NCBI GenBank assembly: GCA_011372855.1
Contig: DSAE01000177.1
Coordinates: 1 to 63,161, forward strand
Source: Desulfobacteraceae bacterium
Lineage (GTDB): Bacteria; Desulfobacterota; Desulfobulbia; Desulfobulbales; Desulfobulbaceae
DNA: 63,161 nucleotides
Reading direction: 5' to 3'
Shown: in pieces, positions 9,040 to 19,065 of the stretch
Position numbering within the stretch: position 1 is the first letter of the stretch
How the letters are laid out: each line of letters begins with the position of its first letter
Notes under the pieces: generated by a model
Database searches by the model: none
Told to the model about the DNA's origin: nothing
The model's input: only the letters and a program-made list of their open reading frames with translations
Position numbers and translations under genes: made by a program

Positions 9040-10581
9040 TCAGAGCAGGAAATCAGCCGGCTGGATATTGTATGAGGCGGGATGCAGCGTTTCGGCAATG
9101 GGAATCCGGTATTGCCGCGCCTCCGGGTCGTAGGAGCCGAGATTGACCAGATCCCCTTTCATAAACCTGCCGTCCTGCCCGGGCTCCAGCATCTGAACCC
9201 AGAGGTTCTGCTTTTCCCCCCTTTCCCCGGAGTATTTGGCCACCAGCCCTATTTCGCCGTTGTCAAGCTTAAGGAGGGTGCCGATGGGATAGACGCCGAT
9301 CATGTTGATGAAGACCTTGAGGAGGAGCGGGTCGAAATCCTTGCCGGAGCCTTCCTGCATGATGCTCAGGGCGCGGTCGGGGATGATGGCATAGGGACGG
9401 TAGACCCGGGGGGCGGTCAGAGCGTCGAAGACATCCGCGATCGAGATAATGCGGCCAAACAGGCTGAGGGGTTTGCTTCTCGGCGTCTGGGGGTAGCCGC
9501 TCAGATCGAATTTCAGGTGGTGTTCGAAGGGGGCGAGAAGCATTTGGGCTTTTTTCTCCTGGGTTGTCTTGAGCAGGAGAATCTGGCGGACGCTGTACAG
9601 GGAGTGGTTTTTCATCTCCTTGAATTCCTGGTCGGTGAGCTTGCCGGGCTTGTTGAGGATGGATTTCGGGACATTGATCTTGCCGAGGTCATGGAACAGG
9701 GCGCTGAGGGTCAGGATTTCCAGTGACTTCTTCGACAGGCCGATACGGTGGCCGAGGCACATGGACAGTATGGCGACATTGATGGAGTGGGTAAAGGTAT
9801 AATCATCATAGTGCCTGATCGTGCTCAGGCCGAGCAGGACATTGCTGTCCTCGGTGACCATGTCGATCAGCTTATGGACCATCCGCAGGGCTTTCTTGAT
9901 GCCCGTCGTCTGGTTGCTGGAAACCTTGCGGGCTATTTCCTGGAGGGACTGCACGGCATATCCGTAGGTCAGGACCGCCTTCTGCCTTGTAGTCAATTCC
10001 CGGGCGGATGCCGGTGATTCCGACCGGCCGTCGCCTCCCTCATCACCCCGGGAGTCATCCCCGCCCGCGGTCGACTCAGGGGCAAGGACCTCCTCAGGGT
10101 TGGCAGCCGATTCCGGCACATATTCAACCCAGGCCAGGTCGCGCCGGGCCAGTTCTTCCTCCAGCCATCCGGGCGGGTCCGCATGCTTTTCCGCGCTGAT
10201 CAGGAGGCGGGCAAAGGAAGCGATGTCCTCGGTGGAAGCTTCGGCCACGGCGGGCAGAAAACGTAATCCGCCGAGTTTTCTCTTTTCGAAAAAATCGAGC
10301 AGCGACTTGGCAATGCCCGCGATGTTGGAGCGGTAGACGACTTTTTCCTGCTGCAGGTAAAACCGGCCGGCAAAGGTCAGCAGGGTGACATCATCATCTT
10401 CTTCGAGCAGGCGTTTGATGATCGCGATAAACTGGTTGACGGAGGATATCAGGACACGATTATTGTCCTGGTGGATCCTGGCCGAATGGAGCAGCATGTT
10501 GAGCGCCGCCAGGAACTGCAGGTCGGGGAACGGCGAGGGGGGCCGCGGATCGGGCTTTGACCGTGATTGCATGTCGCTCAT
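9040..10581 (-). CDS. HD-GYP domain phosphodiesterase with uncharacterised N-terminal domain
   Basis: HD-GYP motifs: HSINVAILS, LFHDLGK, HHLKFDLSGYPQ. An acidic low-complexity linker separates the two halves. The ATG at 10581 lies 1 nt after the TAA of the upstream gene (TAAGATG). Confidence 0.85.
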   Translation of the reverse strand: MSDMQSRSKPDPRPPSPFPDLQFLAALNMLLHSARIHQDNNRVLISSVNQFIAIIKRLLEEDDDVTLLTFAGRFYLQQEKVVYRSNIAGIAKSLLDFFEKRKLGGLRFLPAVAEASTEDIASFARLLISAEKHADPPGWLEEELARRDLAWVEYVPESAANPEEVLAPESTAGGDDSRGDEGGDGRSESPASARELTTRQKAVLTYGYAVQSLQEIARKVSSNQTTGIKKALRMVHKLIDMVTEDSNVLLGLSTIRHYDDYTFTHSINVAILSMCLGHRIGLSKKSLEILTLSALFHDLGKINVPKSILNKPGKLTDQEFKEMKNHSLYSVRQILLLKTTQEKKAQMLLAPFEHHLKFDLSGYPQTPRSKPLSLFGRIISIADVFDALTAPRVYRPYAIIPDRALSIMQEGSGKDFDPLLLKVFINMIGVYPIGTLLKLDNGEIGLVAKYSGERGEKQNLWVQMLEPGQDGRFMKGDLVNLGSYDPEARQYRIPIAETLHPASYNIQPADFLL

Positions 10582-10582
10582 C

Positions 10583-12430
10583 TTATCTGCCCAAGGCGTG
10601 CTGACAGGCAAGCCGTATGTCCGGGCGCAGACTTTGCGCTCCTTTTTTCAATACGGCCATGGCCTCATCGGTGCCGATTGTTTTCAAGGCCATGGCCGCC
10701 CCTTTTTTATGAACGGCACTGGTGTTGCTGAACATGTCGCTGAGCCTGCTGTCCAGCAGGCTGCTTTCCAGAAAGGGAAGCGCATCATTTGAACGGCAGG
10801 AGGCGAGGGCCCTGTAGTTTTCGAAGATGATTTTCTGGTCGAACTGTTCACCGCCGGTCGTTGCCTGGGATAAAAAACGGATCAGGGTCCGGACGGCTGT
10901 TTTTTCCTCGCCGCTCAGCAGGTAGGAGGTGATCCGTTCCCGGACCGCGGTGCTGCCGTCCCCCAGGAGGTGAAAAAGATCATTGTAGTCGGGGGATTTC
11001 GTTGTCTGCATGTATCCGTCCAGGCCGATCCGGCGGACTTCCGCCGAACTGTGGCGGATCATGCACAGGTAGAGGTCCGCGGCCTTTTGCAAGGGCAGTT
11101 CCTTGATGACCGGCGCCAGCAGGATATTGACCTGCTCGCCCGAATTGTCCAGCAATATGCCCAGTTTCGCAGGATCCTCCTTTGCCTTGCTTTCAATAAT
11201 TTCCAGCAGTTCGTTGCGAATGTGCACATTATTGATCGGGATCCGCCCTGCCAACGGTCCCAGGGTAAAGATCACCTCCGGGTCGAGCAGCCGCAGCACC
11301 CGCCAGAGATGGGAGAGATAGGGGGTATTCTGCCAAAGGTACTCTTCGTTGGTCACCCACCAGGTCCGGTTGAGTTTGTCCGCTTCGGAGACGGAAGCGA
11401 TGAAGCCGTCAAGCAGGGTGAACGCCCAGGTTTTGCGATCCTGGAACAGTTTGCGGATAATGAGAATATTATTGAGCAATTTGTAGGAAAGGTGAAATTC
11501 GCCCCGGTCCATGGTTTCAAGGAACTCGAATTCGAGAAATTCCAGGACATGGAGAAAGCTTTCCCTGTTTTTCTGCGTAACAAGGATTATGAGCAGGACA
11601 TCGATCGCGTCACTGGTGAAATTTTTGCCTTCCTCGTCCTGCACGTACTCCTTGAGAATATTTTCCTCATCCGGGCTGATTTCCAGCAGCTTCATCCCCT
11701 GTTTCGACAGGAAGAGGTCGGCCCCGGATATCTGTTCCGGCTTTTCTGCCGGGGTCGCGCCCTGCTCGGCCATCCTGGCATCTCTTTCGGAGGCCGCGGC
11801 GGCGTGAACCCGTTTTTCCATCATGCTTGTCGGCCTGCCTGAGGTACCGGACTGCGGGGCCGGCGAAGAAGCGGCCCGGCGTGGGGCAGCGGCCGCGGCG
11901 TCAGGAGTGACCTGAAAGCCGGACAGATCAAACTGGAATGATTCCAGGGTGAAAATATCAACCTCCTCGTACAGGATATGGGGAAAATTGCTCTGCCACA
12001 ACGAGGTGACGATATCGCCCCCGGATTCGTCAAAAGGGTTGCGATGCTGGTTGAGGATGTTGAGCAGGCCGGAGATTTCGGGAGCCGTGATGCCCTGGAT
12101 GAATTCTATATATTCTATGCCGTCGCGGGTCAGCAGGTAGGCGGGGTTGCTTTCCTCCTCCTGGCCTTCATAGAGGATTTCGCCCTTGTAGGAAAAAGTG
12201 TTTCTGACCGTGTCAAGACGCAGCGACCGGTAGTTCTGGAGAAACGCATCGAGATCGTGCAGCAGTTTTGACAGGTTTCTGCGGGAGAAGGCGTGGTCGG
12301 CGGGATAAAGGGTATAGGTCTTGAATGCCGAGATAAAGGAAGGGAGCGTTTTCTTCACCGCCTGCAGCTCTTCCCGGCTCACGGTATCGGCAAGGGTGTT
12401 GTTAAGTTCCTGCATCGTCTCTGTCGGCAT
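10583..12430 (-). CDS. HEAT-repeat protein of unknown function
   Basis: 615-aa ORF with HEAT/PBS-lyase-like repeats at the C-terminus (SAEVRRIGLDGY, STAVRERITSYL, PDIRLACQHALG). Ala/Pro-rich central linker. Translationally coupled to the HD-GYP gene. Confidence 0.6.
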   Translation of the reverse strand: MPTETMQELNNTLADTVSREELQAVKKTLPSFISAFKTYTLYPADHAFSRRNLSKLLHDLDAFLQNYRSLRLDTVRNTFSYKGEILYEGQEEESNPAYLLTRDGIEYIEFIQGITAPEISGLLNILNQHRNPFDESGGDIVTSLWQSNFPHILYEEVDIFTLESFQFDLSGFQVTPDAAAAAPRRAASSPAPQSGTSGRPTSMMEKRVHAAAASERDARMAEQGATPAEKPEQISGADLFLSKQGMKLLEISPDEENILKEYVQDEEGKNFTSDAIDVLLIILVTQKNRESFLHVLEFLEFEFLETMDRGEFHLSYKLLNNILIIRKLFQDRKTWAFTLLDGFIASVSEADKLNRTWWVTNEEYLWQNTPYLSHLWRVLRLLDPEVIFTLGPLAGRIPINNVHIRNELLEIIESKAKEDPAKLGILLDNSGEQVNILLAPVIKELPLQKAADLYLCMIRHSSAEVRRIGLDGYMQTTKSPDYNDLFHLLGDGSTAVRERITSYLLSGEEKTAVRTLIRFLSQATTGGEQFDQKIIFENYRALASCRSNDALPFLESSLLDSRLSDMFSNTSAVHKKGAAMALKTIGTDEAMAVLKKGAQSLRPDIRLACQHALGR

Positions 12431-12726
12431 TGTTTCGGGGATTCGTCCGAAAGCCGCCTTGATCTGAGGACCGGCGGCCCGGAATGACTGAATTTATATA
12501 TGTTATATACTATGGAAGGAATTTTTGTAAAAAACAAGATTTTTTGTCGCATGATACCGGGGAGATAGAGCCAGGAAACGGAACAGTGAGCCCGGCCGGA
12601 AGGGGGATGCAACCCCCGGTGCCCCGCCGGAAATCATCGACGGGTGAAAAATATTCTCACATTCCTGTAATAATGGTAGAGTAGTGGTTATAGTTTACCT
12701 TACCTCTCAACCACGTCGGAAAAGTC

Positions 12727-15700
12727 ATGAATGGTGTGCAAGACAGCGTAAAATTCACCTCGGACGCCCTGCGGGCCAATCTCGAGGAAACCGCGGGCGA
12801 AGTCGTCGTCGACCCGGCCTTCGATCCCCTGCGGGAAGCCGTCGGCAATTATCAGGGACTGGCGGGCAAACTGGATCTGCTCCTGCTGGAAATCCATCAT
12901 CCGTACAGGAACTGGGGCTTCATTATTCCTGAACTGCGGGCCTTTGTCCTGAAAAACATGTCCCATTACCTGTCCCATGACCTGGGGCCGGAATGCTTCC
13001 GTCTGTTTACCGGTATTTTTCTCGAGGCCCTGGTCGATTCACGCAAAAACAGCAAGCTGGTGTCCATGATCATGGAGGCCATGCTGGCGTATACGGACAA
13101 GCTGGTCAATTCGATCAGTCCGGAGGAGCTGTTCCGCTACGAGAAGGCATGTAATGATTTTTTCGCCCGCCTGATCGACCTCGACCAGGTGGAGGGACAG
13201 CTGATGATGTACATGGTCCAGGGACATCATCCGATGAAAAAGGTCGCCCAGAAGCTTGCTTCCCTCAGCTGCGCCGATCCGGCGGTTTCCTTTGACTACG
13301 GGCCGGTGGCCAGGCTCATGCGCAAAATCCTGGCCCTGAACTATCAGTACTGGCTGAGCGAGGAAGATCCCCTCCCCTGGTTTCTCGAGGAGTGCGGGGA
13401 GTACTGTTATGACTGGCACGCCGGTCCGCTGCTGGCGGCGGTCTCCCATGAACAGTTCAGAAAATACCGGGATGAGCTCGCCGCCATCACCATTGAAGGG
13501 GACGCCCGAACGGCCTTGACCCGTATTCTCGAGCTGCCGAACCACATGGATATTGTCCGCCTCTATCGGGAGATACCCGGCAAGCTGGCCCGGGATGAGG
13601 AGGCGGACTCCACCTTCGCCGAAAACCGGAAACTCCTCTTCCTGTTCCGGATCATGGATACCTCCGGGTTGTACCTGATCCACGAGGAAACCCTGCGGGA
13701 GATCAACCGCAGCCTCGTTCAGTTGATCCGGATGCAGTCCTTCGAGCATATCGAGCAGTTTTTCGTGACGACCTTTCATCTGCTCAAAGCCAACGTCCGC
13801 CGCTATCCGCATACGTCCCTGCAGTGCATCCAGGTCATCGGCGGCGAAGTGTTCAAGCGGGGCAATTCACGCCTGGTCGAAACGTTTTTGTGGGAGGCCG
13901 TCCGCTTCGGATTTCAGTATGCCAATGTCATGGGAGTGGACGAGGACTGGCAGCCGATAACCAACCCGGCCCACCTGGCCAATATCAGAGTATGGCTCAA
14001 TTTGATCATGCAGGAGCCCAAATGGTGCTCCACCCTGTTTTCCGCCCTGATCATCAACCTGAAGCTGTCCGGGACCTGCGTCAAGGATACCGACCTCTTC
14101 CAACGGGATATCACCGAGCTGCTCAACCATCCCATTGAGCCCATTTACAACCTGGCCAAACAGTTCACCAAGCTGATGCCGGTCTTTTTCAACGAGATCG
14201 GCGCCGAGGGAGAATTGCGGGACGTCTCCACCGAGCTCGATGAACTGCACAACCGCCGGGACCTCCTTATCCATTTTCTGCGGAAACAGAGCCATGTCGA
14301 GTCGAGCAACCTGATCGTCGACTTCATCATCGCTATTTTTCAATTCTGGCTGAAATGCGACAAGGAGTTCCTGCGGTCGTTTCTGCCCGAGGAGGTCTAC
14401 CGGCAGGTCGAAACGAGCGGCCCCTTTGTCGATGAGCAGCATCTGCTGGCCCAACGCATCCGCAAGGAACTGAAGTTCACAAAGGTTCAGGATATCCTGC
14501 ATTGGAAGGAGCAGGACCGCTGGAGCTACCTGGCCCGCCAGGAAGATATCTCCGTGGTTGAGCGGCACCGGTTCGAACTGCTGGTCAAAATGTTCAAGCT
14601 CCTCCATCACAAATACAACCTCGGCCTGCAGGAACTGCGCTATCAGCTGCGGCAGGCGACATTGACCGGTTTTCCCGAGCTGGAGGACCTGCTGGAAATA
14701 CTTGACGACTGCGACACGTTTACCTGTCTGGCCGCCATCCTCGACCACCTGGAGCAGCTCAAGGAGATCATTCTCAGCAAGGAAAAATTTCCCCCCAAGG
14801 AGGAAATTTACCACAAGCGCCATATCGCCGTCGATATCCCCTCGGTGTACGGCCGCTACAGCGAACGGAAGTTCGACGCCCTTGGACTGACCTTCCGGCT
14901 GGAGAACCTGGCCAACATCTACCTGGAACGGCTGTCGGACACGATCAATCTCACCTTCATCACCGAGGCGACGTTCATCCGCATTTCCCGGTGCCTGAAG
15001 CTGTACCAGCGGGCCCTGCGCATTGACGGAATCATCAGCCGCAAGCTCGACACCTTTATCAGCCTCCTGGCCTCTTCCATGGGGATCAAGAGGTTTTCCT
15101 ACACCCAGTATCTTGATATCTTCCGCGGCATGTCCGAGGGCGTCAAGGATATCATTTATGCCTACTATACCAATATCCACCAGAACAACCTGTCGATCAT
15201 CATCCCCCAGATCGGCGAGGACAACCTGCTGACCAAGTACCGCAAGCACTGGGACGGGAACGATCTCGCTTCCACGGTCCACCGGCTGTCGGAGACCTTT
15301 TTCCGGGACCTCATCTCCTCCACCTTCGGTCTGCAGCACCTGGACAATTTCATCACCCGGATCATGCAGACCCTGGAAGCCCAGCGGGACATCCTGGACG
15401 AGAGCGACCTGGATCTGTTGATGACCTACAACCCGGACAAAACCATCAGCTCTCTGTACAGGGAGAATCCCCGGACCCACAATCTGATTCACCTCGGCAA
15501 CAAGGGGTTCAACCTCATGGTGATGGCGCGGGACGGCAAGCCCGTACCCCCCGCCTTCATCATCACCACCGAGGTTTTCCGCTGCTGGCCGGCGGTCCGC
15601 CGTTTTGAACGGGTGCGGGACGATTTCATGCAGCGGGTACGAAAGTCGATCAGCGGCATTGAGCAACTGACCGGTTCGGTGTTCGGCTCCCCCGACAAGC

Positions 15701-16974
15701 CGCTCCTCCTCTCCGTGCGCTCCGGTTCCGCCATGTCCATGCCGGGCATGATGACGACCATCCACAACATCGGCCTGAACGAAGACCTGATCAACGAGTA
15801 TGTCCAGGAAACGGGGCGGGGCTATTTCGCCTGGGATAATTTCCGCCGTTTTCTCCAGTCCTGGGGCATGGCCCAGGGAATAGACCGGGAGGATTTTCAG
15901 GCGCTGATGAACAGCCATAAACAGCGTTATCACGTCACGCTGAAACGGGAGTTCAGCCCCTCGGCCATGCAGGAACTGGCCCTCAGGTATCTGGAGCTTG
16001 TCCGCAGACGGGGCCTGGATGTGCCCGATGATCCGTGGCGGCAGCTGATCAAATCGGTGGAGATGGTGCTTGATTCATGGAACACCGAAAAGGTGCATGA
16101 ATACCGGCGGCTGATGAGGTTGTCGGAGGACTGGGGAACAGCGGTCATCATCCAGGCCATGGTGTACGGCAATCTCGGACAGAACTCGGGCAGCGGCGTT
16201 GTGTTCACCGCCCATCCTTACCGCAAGGTCAGAAGGGTGGCGCTCTGGGGCGACTATGCCCCCGGTGATCAGGGAGAGGACATCGTTTCCGGTCTGGTGA
16301 CCAGCCATCCCATCTCCGTTGAGCAGGCGCAGATTGACGGGCGCCCGGAGGAGAATTCACTGGAAAAGCGTTTTCCGGCCATTTACGAAAGGCTGCTGTC
16401 CATATCGCGGGACCTGGTCTACACCAAGGGATGGAACCCCCAGGAAATCGAATTCACCTTCGAGGGGCCGGAGGCGGATCAATTGTATATCCTGCAGACC
16501 CGGGACATGATCACCATCAAGACCATGGAGCGGTTCACGGTTTTTGCCGATGAGGCGGAGGTGCAGAAGTTCATCCTCGGCAAGGGGATCGGCGTCAGCG
16601 GCAGCGCCCTGTGCGGGCGGGCGGTTTTTACGGAGCAGAACATCGACCGGCTGCGCCGGGATGATCCCGAGACGCCGCTTATCCTCATCCGCCAGGATAC
16701 CGTCCCCGAGGATATCAGGGAAATATCCCTGGCCGACGGGCTGCTGACCGCACGGGGCGGTCAGACATCGCACGCGTCGGTTGTCGCCATCCGGCTCGAA
16801 AAAACCTGCGTGGTGGGTATCCGTGATCTGCGGGTGTACGAGACCGAGGAATACGCCGAGATAAACGGCCACCGGATCGGATTCGGCGACCCCATTGCCA
16901 TTGACGGGCGTTCCGGCCTTTTCGTCCGAGGCATGCATCCGGTGCGGGAGGAGGTGCACATCCTGCCGCTGTAG
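12727..16974 (+). CDS. Giant PPDK-like dikinase: ~915-aa unknown N-terminal region + ATP-grasp nucleotide-binding domain + phosphohistidine swivel domain, no PEP/pyruvate TIM barrel
   Basis: From about residue 919 (nt 15481) the sequence parallels the PPDK N-terminus: LGNKGFNLMVMARDGKPVPPAFIITTEVF and PLLLSVRSGSAMSMPGMMTTIHNIGLN. The swivel motif LLTARGGQTSHASVVAIRLEKTCVVG follows (His codon at 16771-16773). The ORF stops about 65 aa later. Confidence 0.85.
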   Translation: MNGVQDSVKFTSDALRANLEETAGEVVVDPAFDPLREAVGNYQGLAGKLDLLLLEIHHPYRNWGFIIPELRAFVLKNMSHYLSHDLGPECFRLFTGIFLEALVDSRKNSKLVSMIMEAMLAYTDKLVNSISPEELFRYEKACNDFFARLIDLDQVEGQLMMYMVQGHHPMKKVAQKLASLSCADPAVSFDYGPVARLMRKILALNYQYWLSEEDPLPWFLEECGEYCYDWHAGPLLAAVSHEQFRKYRDELAAITIEGDARTALTRILELPNHMDIVRLYREIPGKLARDEEADSTFAENRKLLFLFRIMDTSGLYLIHEETLREINRSLVQLIRMQSFEHIEQFFVTTFHLLKANVRRYPHTSLQCIQVIGGEVFKRGNSRLVETFLWEAVRFGFQYANVMGVDEDWQPITNPAHLANIRVWLNLIMQEPKWCSTLFSALIINLKLSGTCVKDTDLFQRDITELLNHPIEPIYNLAKQFTKLMPVFFNEIGAEGELRDVSTELDELHNRRDLLIHFLRKQSHVESSNLIVDFIIAIFQFWLKCDKEFLRSFLPEEVYRQVETSGPFVDEQHLLAQRIRKELKFTKVQDILHWKEQDRWSYLARQEDISVVERHRFELLVKMFKLLHHKYNLGLQELRYQLRQATLTGFPELEDLLEILDDCDTFTCLAAILDHLEQLKEIILSKEKFPPKEEIYHKRHIAVDIPSVYGRYSERKFDALGLTFRLENLANIYLERLSDTINLTFITEATFIRISRCLKLYQRALRIDGIISRKLDTFISLLASSMGIKRFSYTQYLDIFRGMSEGVKDIIYAYYTNIHQNNLSIIIPQIGEDNLLTKYRKHWDGNDLASTVHRLSETFFRDLISSTFGLQHLDNFITRIMQTLEAQRDILDESDLDLLMTYNPDKTISSLYRENPRTHNLIHLGNKGFNLMVMARDGKPVPPAFIITTEVFRCWPAVRRFERVRDDFMQRVRKSISGIEQLTGSVFGSPDKPLLLSVRSGSAMSMPGMMTTIHNIGLNEDLINEYVQETGRGYFAWDNFRRFLQSWGMAQGIDREDFQALMNSHKQRYHVTLKREFSPSAMQELALRYLELVRRRGLDVPDDPWRQLIKSVEMVLDSWNTEKVHEYRRLMRLSEDWGTAVIIQAMVYGNLGQNSGSGVVFTAHPYRKVRRVALWGDYAPGDQGEDIVSGLVTSHPISVEQAQIDGRPEENSLEKRFPAIYERLLSISRDLVYTKGWNPQEIEFTFEGPEADQLYILQTRDMITIKTMERFTVFADEAEVQKFILGKGIGVSGSALCGRAVFTEQNIDRLRRDDPETPLILIRQDTVPEDIREISLADGLLTARGGQTSHASVVAIRLEKTCVVGIRDLRVYETEEYAEINGHRIGFGDPIAIDGRSGLFVRGMHPVREEVHILPL

Positions 16975-16977
16975 CGG

Positions 16978-17616
16978 CTACTTTGGCGGGGGGATGAGAC
17001 GGTCCTTGCGCAGTCCCTGGATCACCTTTTTACTGACGCTTTCGACGAGCTGGTTGATCGACCGGGGATCAAAGGTGTCGGAGGACATGCTCCATATCAA
17101 CTCCTGGGTGTCCGCCTGGTAGAGGTTGGTCTCCAGGAGCACGATGGTATGGGTCGAGGTGTACCCGGGCGAATACACCCGGTCGTACACGTAGGGGTAG
17201 TAATTGTAGAAGTGGTTGTAGTACCAGAAGGGACCGCCGTAATAGACTCCTCTGGGCGGGTGGTACACCTGTTCCGTTCTGGTGTCGACCAGCCGGGTGA
17301 CCAGCATCCCGTCGATGGCATGCCGCCTGACGAATGCCACTATTTTTTCCCTGGTAACGTTGTTTTCCCCCGGAAAAGCCTCGGCGCAGGGGACGGCGGC
17401 AATGCCGCTGCGGTTCAACTGGTCGGCCATGATGTTTTCCCACAGCGTCTTATTGATGTCTTCCCCGGTGAGGGCGACGACCAGCATGGACCGGAACGGC
17501 GGGCCGGCAAAATCACTTTTTTTCCAGAGCCCGGTGACGCTGGTTTGACTGCACCCGGCAAAAAGAAGAAAGAACAGGACGGCGCAAAGCCGGATTGTCG
17601 TATGGAAGCCGTTCAT
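16978..17616 (-). CDS. Lipoprotein (DUF4136-like)
   Basis: Signal peptide with lipobox LLFAGC and a Tyr-rich central segment. Convergent with the dikinase gene, 3 nt apart. Confidence 0.7.
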   Translation of the reverse strand: MNGFHTTIRLCAVLFFLLFAGCSQTSVTGLWKKSDFAGPPFRSMLVVALTGEDINKTLWENIMADQLNRSGIAAVPCAEAFPGENNVTREKIVAFVRRHAIDGMLVTRLVDTRTEQVYHPPRGVYYGGPFWYYNHFYNYYPYVYDRVYSPGYTSTHTIVLLETNLYQADTQELIWSMSSDTFDPRSINQLVESVSKKVIQGLRKDRLIPPPK

Positions 17617-17782
17617 AAGCTGCCTCGCTGTTCATGAGGGTGTGGGGGGCGGCGCCGGTTTTATGTGACGTTTTATTATACCATGGAACAAGCCGGTCCG
17701 GCAAAAAATCCTCTTTCCTTCCGGGCCGGGCGGTGGCTTGCGCCGCTGCTGCAAGCGGCACGTTCCGGGCAGGAGGGATACT

Positions 17783-18874
17783 TCAGGCCGGGGAGGCGAT
17801 ATTGGCCGCTCCGGTGGCCCTGACCCTGATCCGCTCGGCAAAATCAAGCATCCGTCTGACCGACTGCATGGCCCGCCTGCCTGTTTCCGGGTCGACCAGG
17901 ATTTCGTTTTCCCCCGTTTCCAGGGTCCAGGCCAGGTTGACCAGACCGTTCATGGCCATCCAGGGGCAATGGGCGCAGCTCAGGCAGGAAGCGCCGACCC
18001 CGCCCATGGGCGCCTCGATGAAGCGCTTGCCCGGGGCGGCCTCTTTCATCTTGTGAAATATGCCGCGATCGGTGGCGACAATGAACAGGTCATGGGGCAA
18101 TTCCGTCACCGCCTGGATCAACCGGGTGGTTGATCCGACAACGTCGGCCTGCCTGATCACCTCCAAGGGTGACTCGGGATGCACCAGAACGGCGGCCTGG
18201 GGATATTTTTTCCTCAGGGCGGTCAGCCCTTCGGCCTTGAAGGCGTCATGGACAATGCAGTACCCGGGCCAGAGCAGCATGTCCGCCCCGGTAACGCTGC
18301 GGATGTAGTTGCCGAGATAGCGGTCGGGAGCCCAGAGAATTTTTTCACCCCTGGAGTGCAGGTATTTCACGACCTTGACGCCGATGCTGGAGGTGACAAC
18401 CCAGTCGGCCCTGGCCTTGACCTCGGCGCAGGTGTTGGCATACACAACCGCGGTACGGTCGGGATGGGCGTCGCAGACGGCGGCGAATTCATCGGCCCTG
18501 CAGCTCAGGTCCAGGGAGCATTCGGCATCCAGGGTCGGCATGAGGACCCGTTTTTCAGGGTTGAGGATTTTTGCCGTTTCTCCCATGAAACGGACGCCGG
18601 CGACGACTATGGTTCCCGCCGGATGGGCATGGCCGAAGCGCGCCATCTCCAGAGAATCGGAAACGCAGCCGCCTGTTTCGTCGGCCAGGATCTGCAGGTC
18701 CCGGTCGGTGTAATAATGGGCGACCAGGACGGCGTTTCTTTCCCGCAGCAGCTGCTTGATACGGGCGATCAGATTCTCCCTTTCCGCCCCGGCTACCGGG
18801 ATGGCGGGCTGGGCCCGGGCGGCAAGGGTGTCGATCAGTTCTTTGTCAACAATGATGGCATCGGTTGGATTCAT
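17783..18874 (-). CDS. nadA: Quinolinate synthase
   Basis: [34 protein letters not shown] and Cys ligands near the C-terminus. Start at MNPTD gives an N-terminal length matching E. coli NadA; the longer ORF start is 18931. Confidence 0.9.
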   Translation of the reverse strand: MNPTDAIIVDKELIDTLAARAQPAIPVAGAERENLIARIKQLLRERNAVLVAHYYTDRDLQILADETGGCVSDSLEMARFGHAHPAGTIVVAGVRFMGETAKILNPEKRVLMPTLDAECSLDLSCRADEFAAVCDAHPDRTAVVYANTCAEVKARADWVVTSSIGVKVVKYLHSRGEKILWAPDRYLGNYIRSVTGADMLLWPGYCIVHDAFKAEGLTALRKKYPQAAVLVHPESPLEVIRQADVVGSTTRLIQAVTELPHDLFIVATDRGIFHKMKEAAPGKRFIEAPMGGVGASCLSCAHCPWMAMNGLVNLAWTLETGENEILVDPETGRRAMQSVRRMLDFAERIRVRATGAANIASPA

Positions 18875-19065
18875 GATTGTTCGCAGTTCATGGTTCAGGC
18901 TTGTCGCGATCCGGTTTCCCGGAGCATCCATTAAGCACTATCCGGCTCTTCCCGTCAAGCATGGTTCCGATTTTTTCACCGGCTGAATGTCCCGATAAAG
19001 TTTTCCGTAAACCCCATGCCTCTTTCAAAGCAGATGTGCGGGACGCCAAGCCCATCGGCAGGGTT

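Noticed and set aside
8590-9098. Small ORFs (69-116 aa) on both strands between the pterin-binding gene and the HD-GYP gene
   Set aside because: The region is fully accounted for by a promoter, a cobalamin riboswitch and a terminator. The ORF translations are Arg/Pro-rich.
12484-12684. 66-aa ORF in the divergent intergenic region
   Set aside because: It has no ribosome-binding site and an implausible composition. It sits in a promoter/leader region.
13867-15933. 688-aa minus-strand ORF inside the dikinase gene
   Set aside because: It has no recognisable motifs and a biased Gly/Val/Asp/Leu composition. It is fully antisense to a frame with strong PPDK-like blocks.
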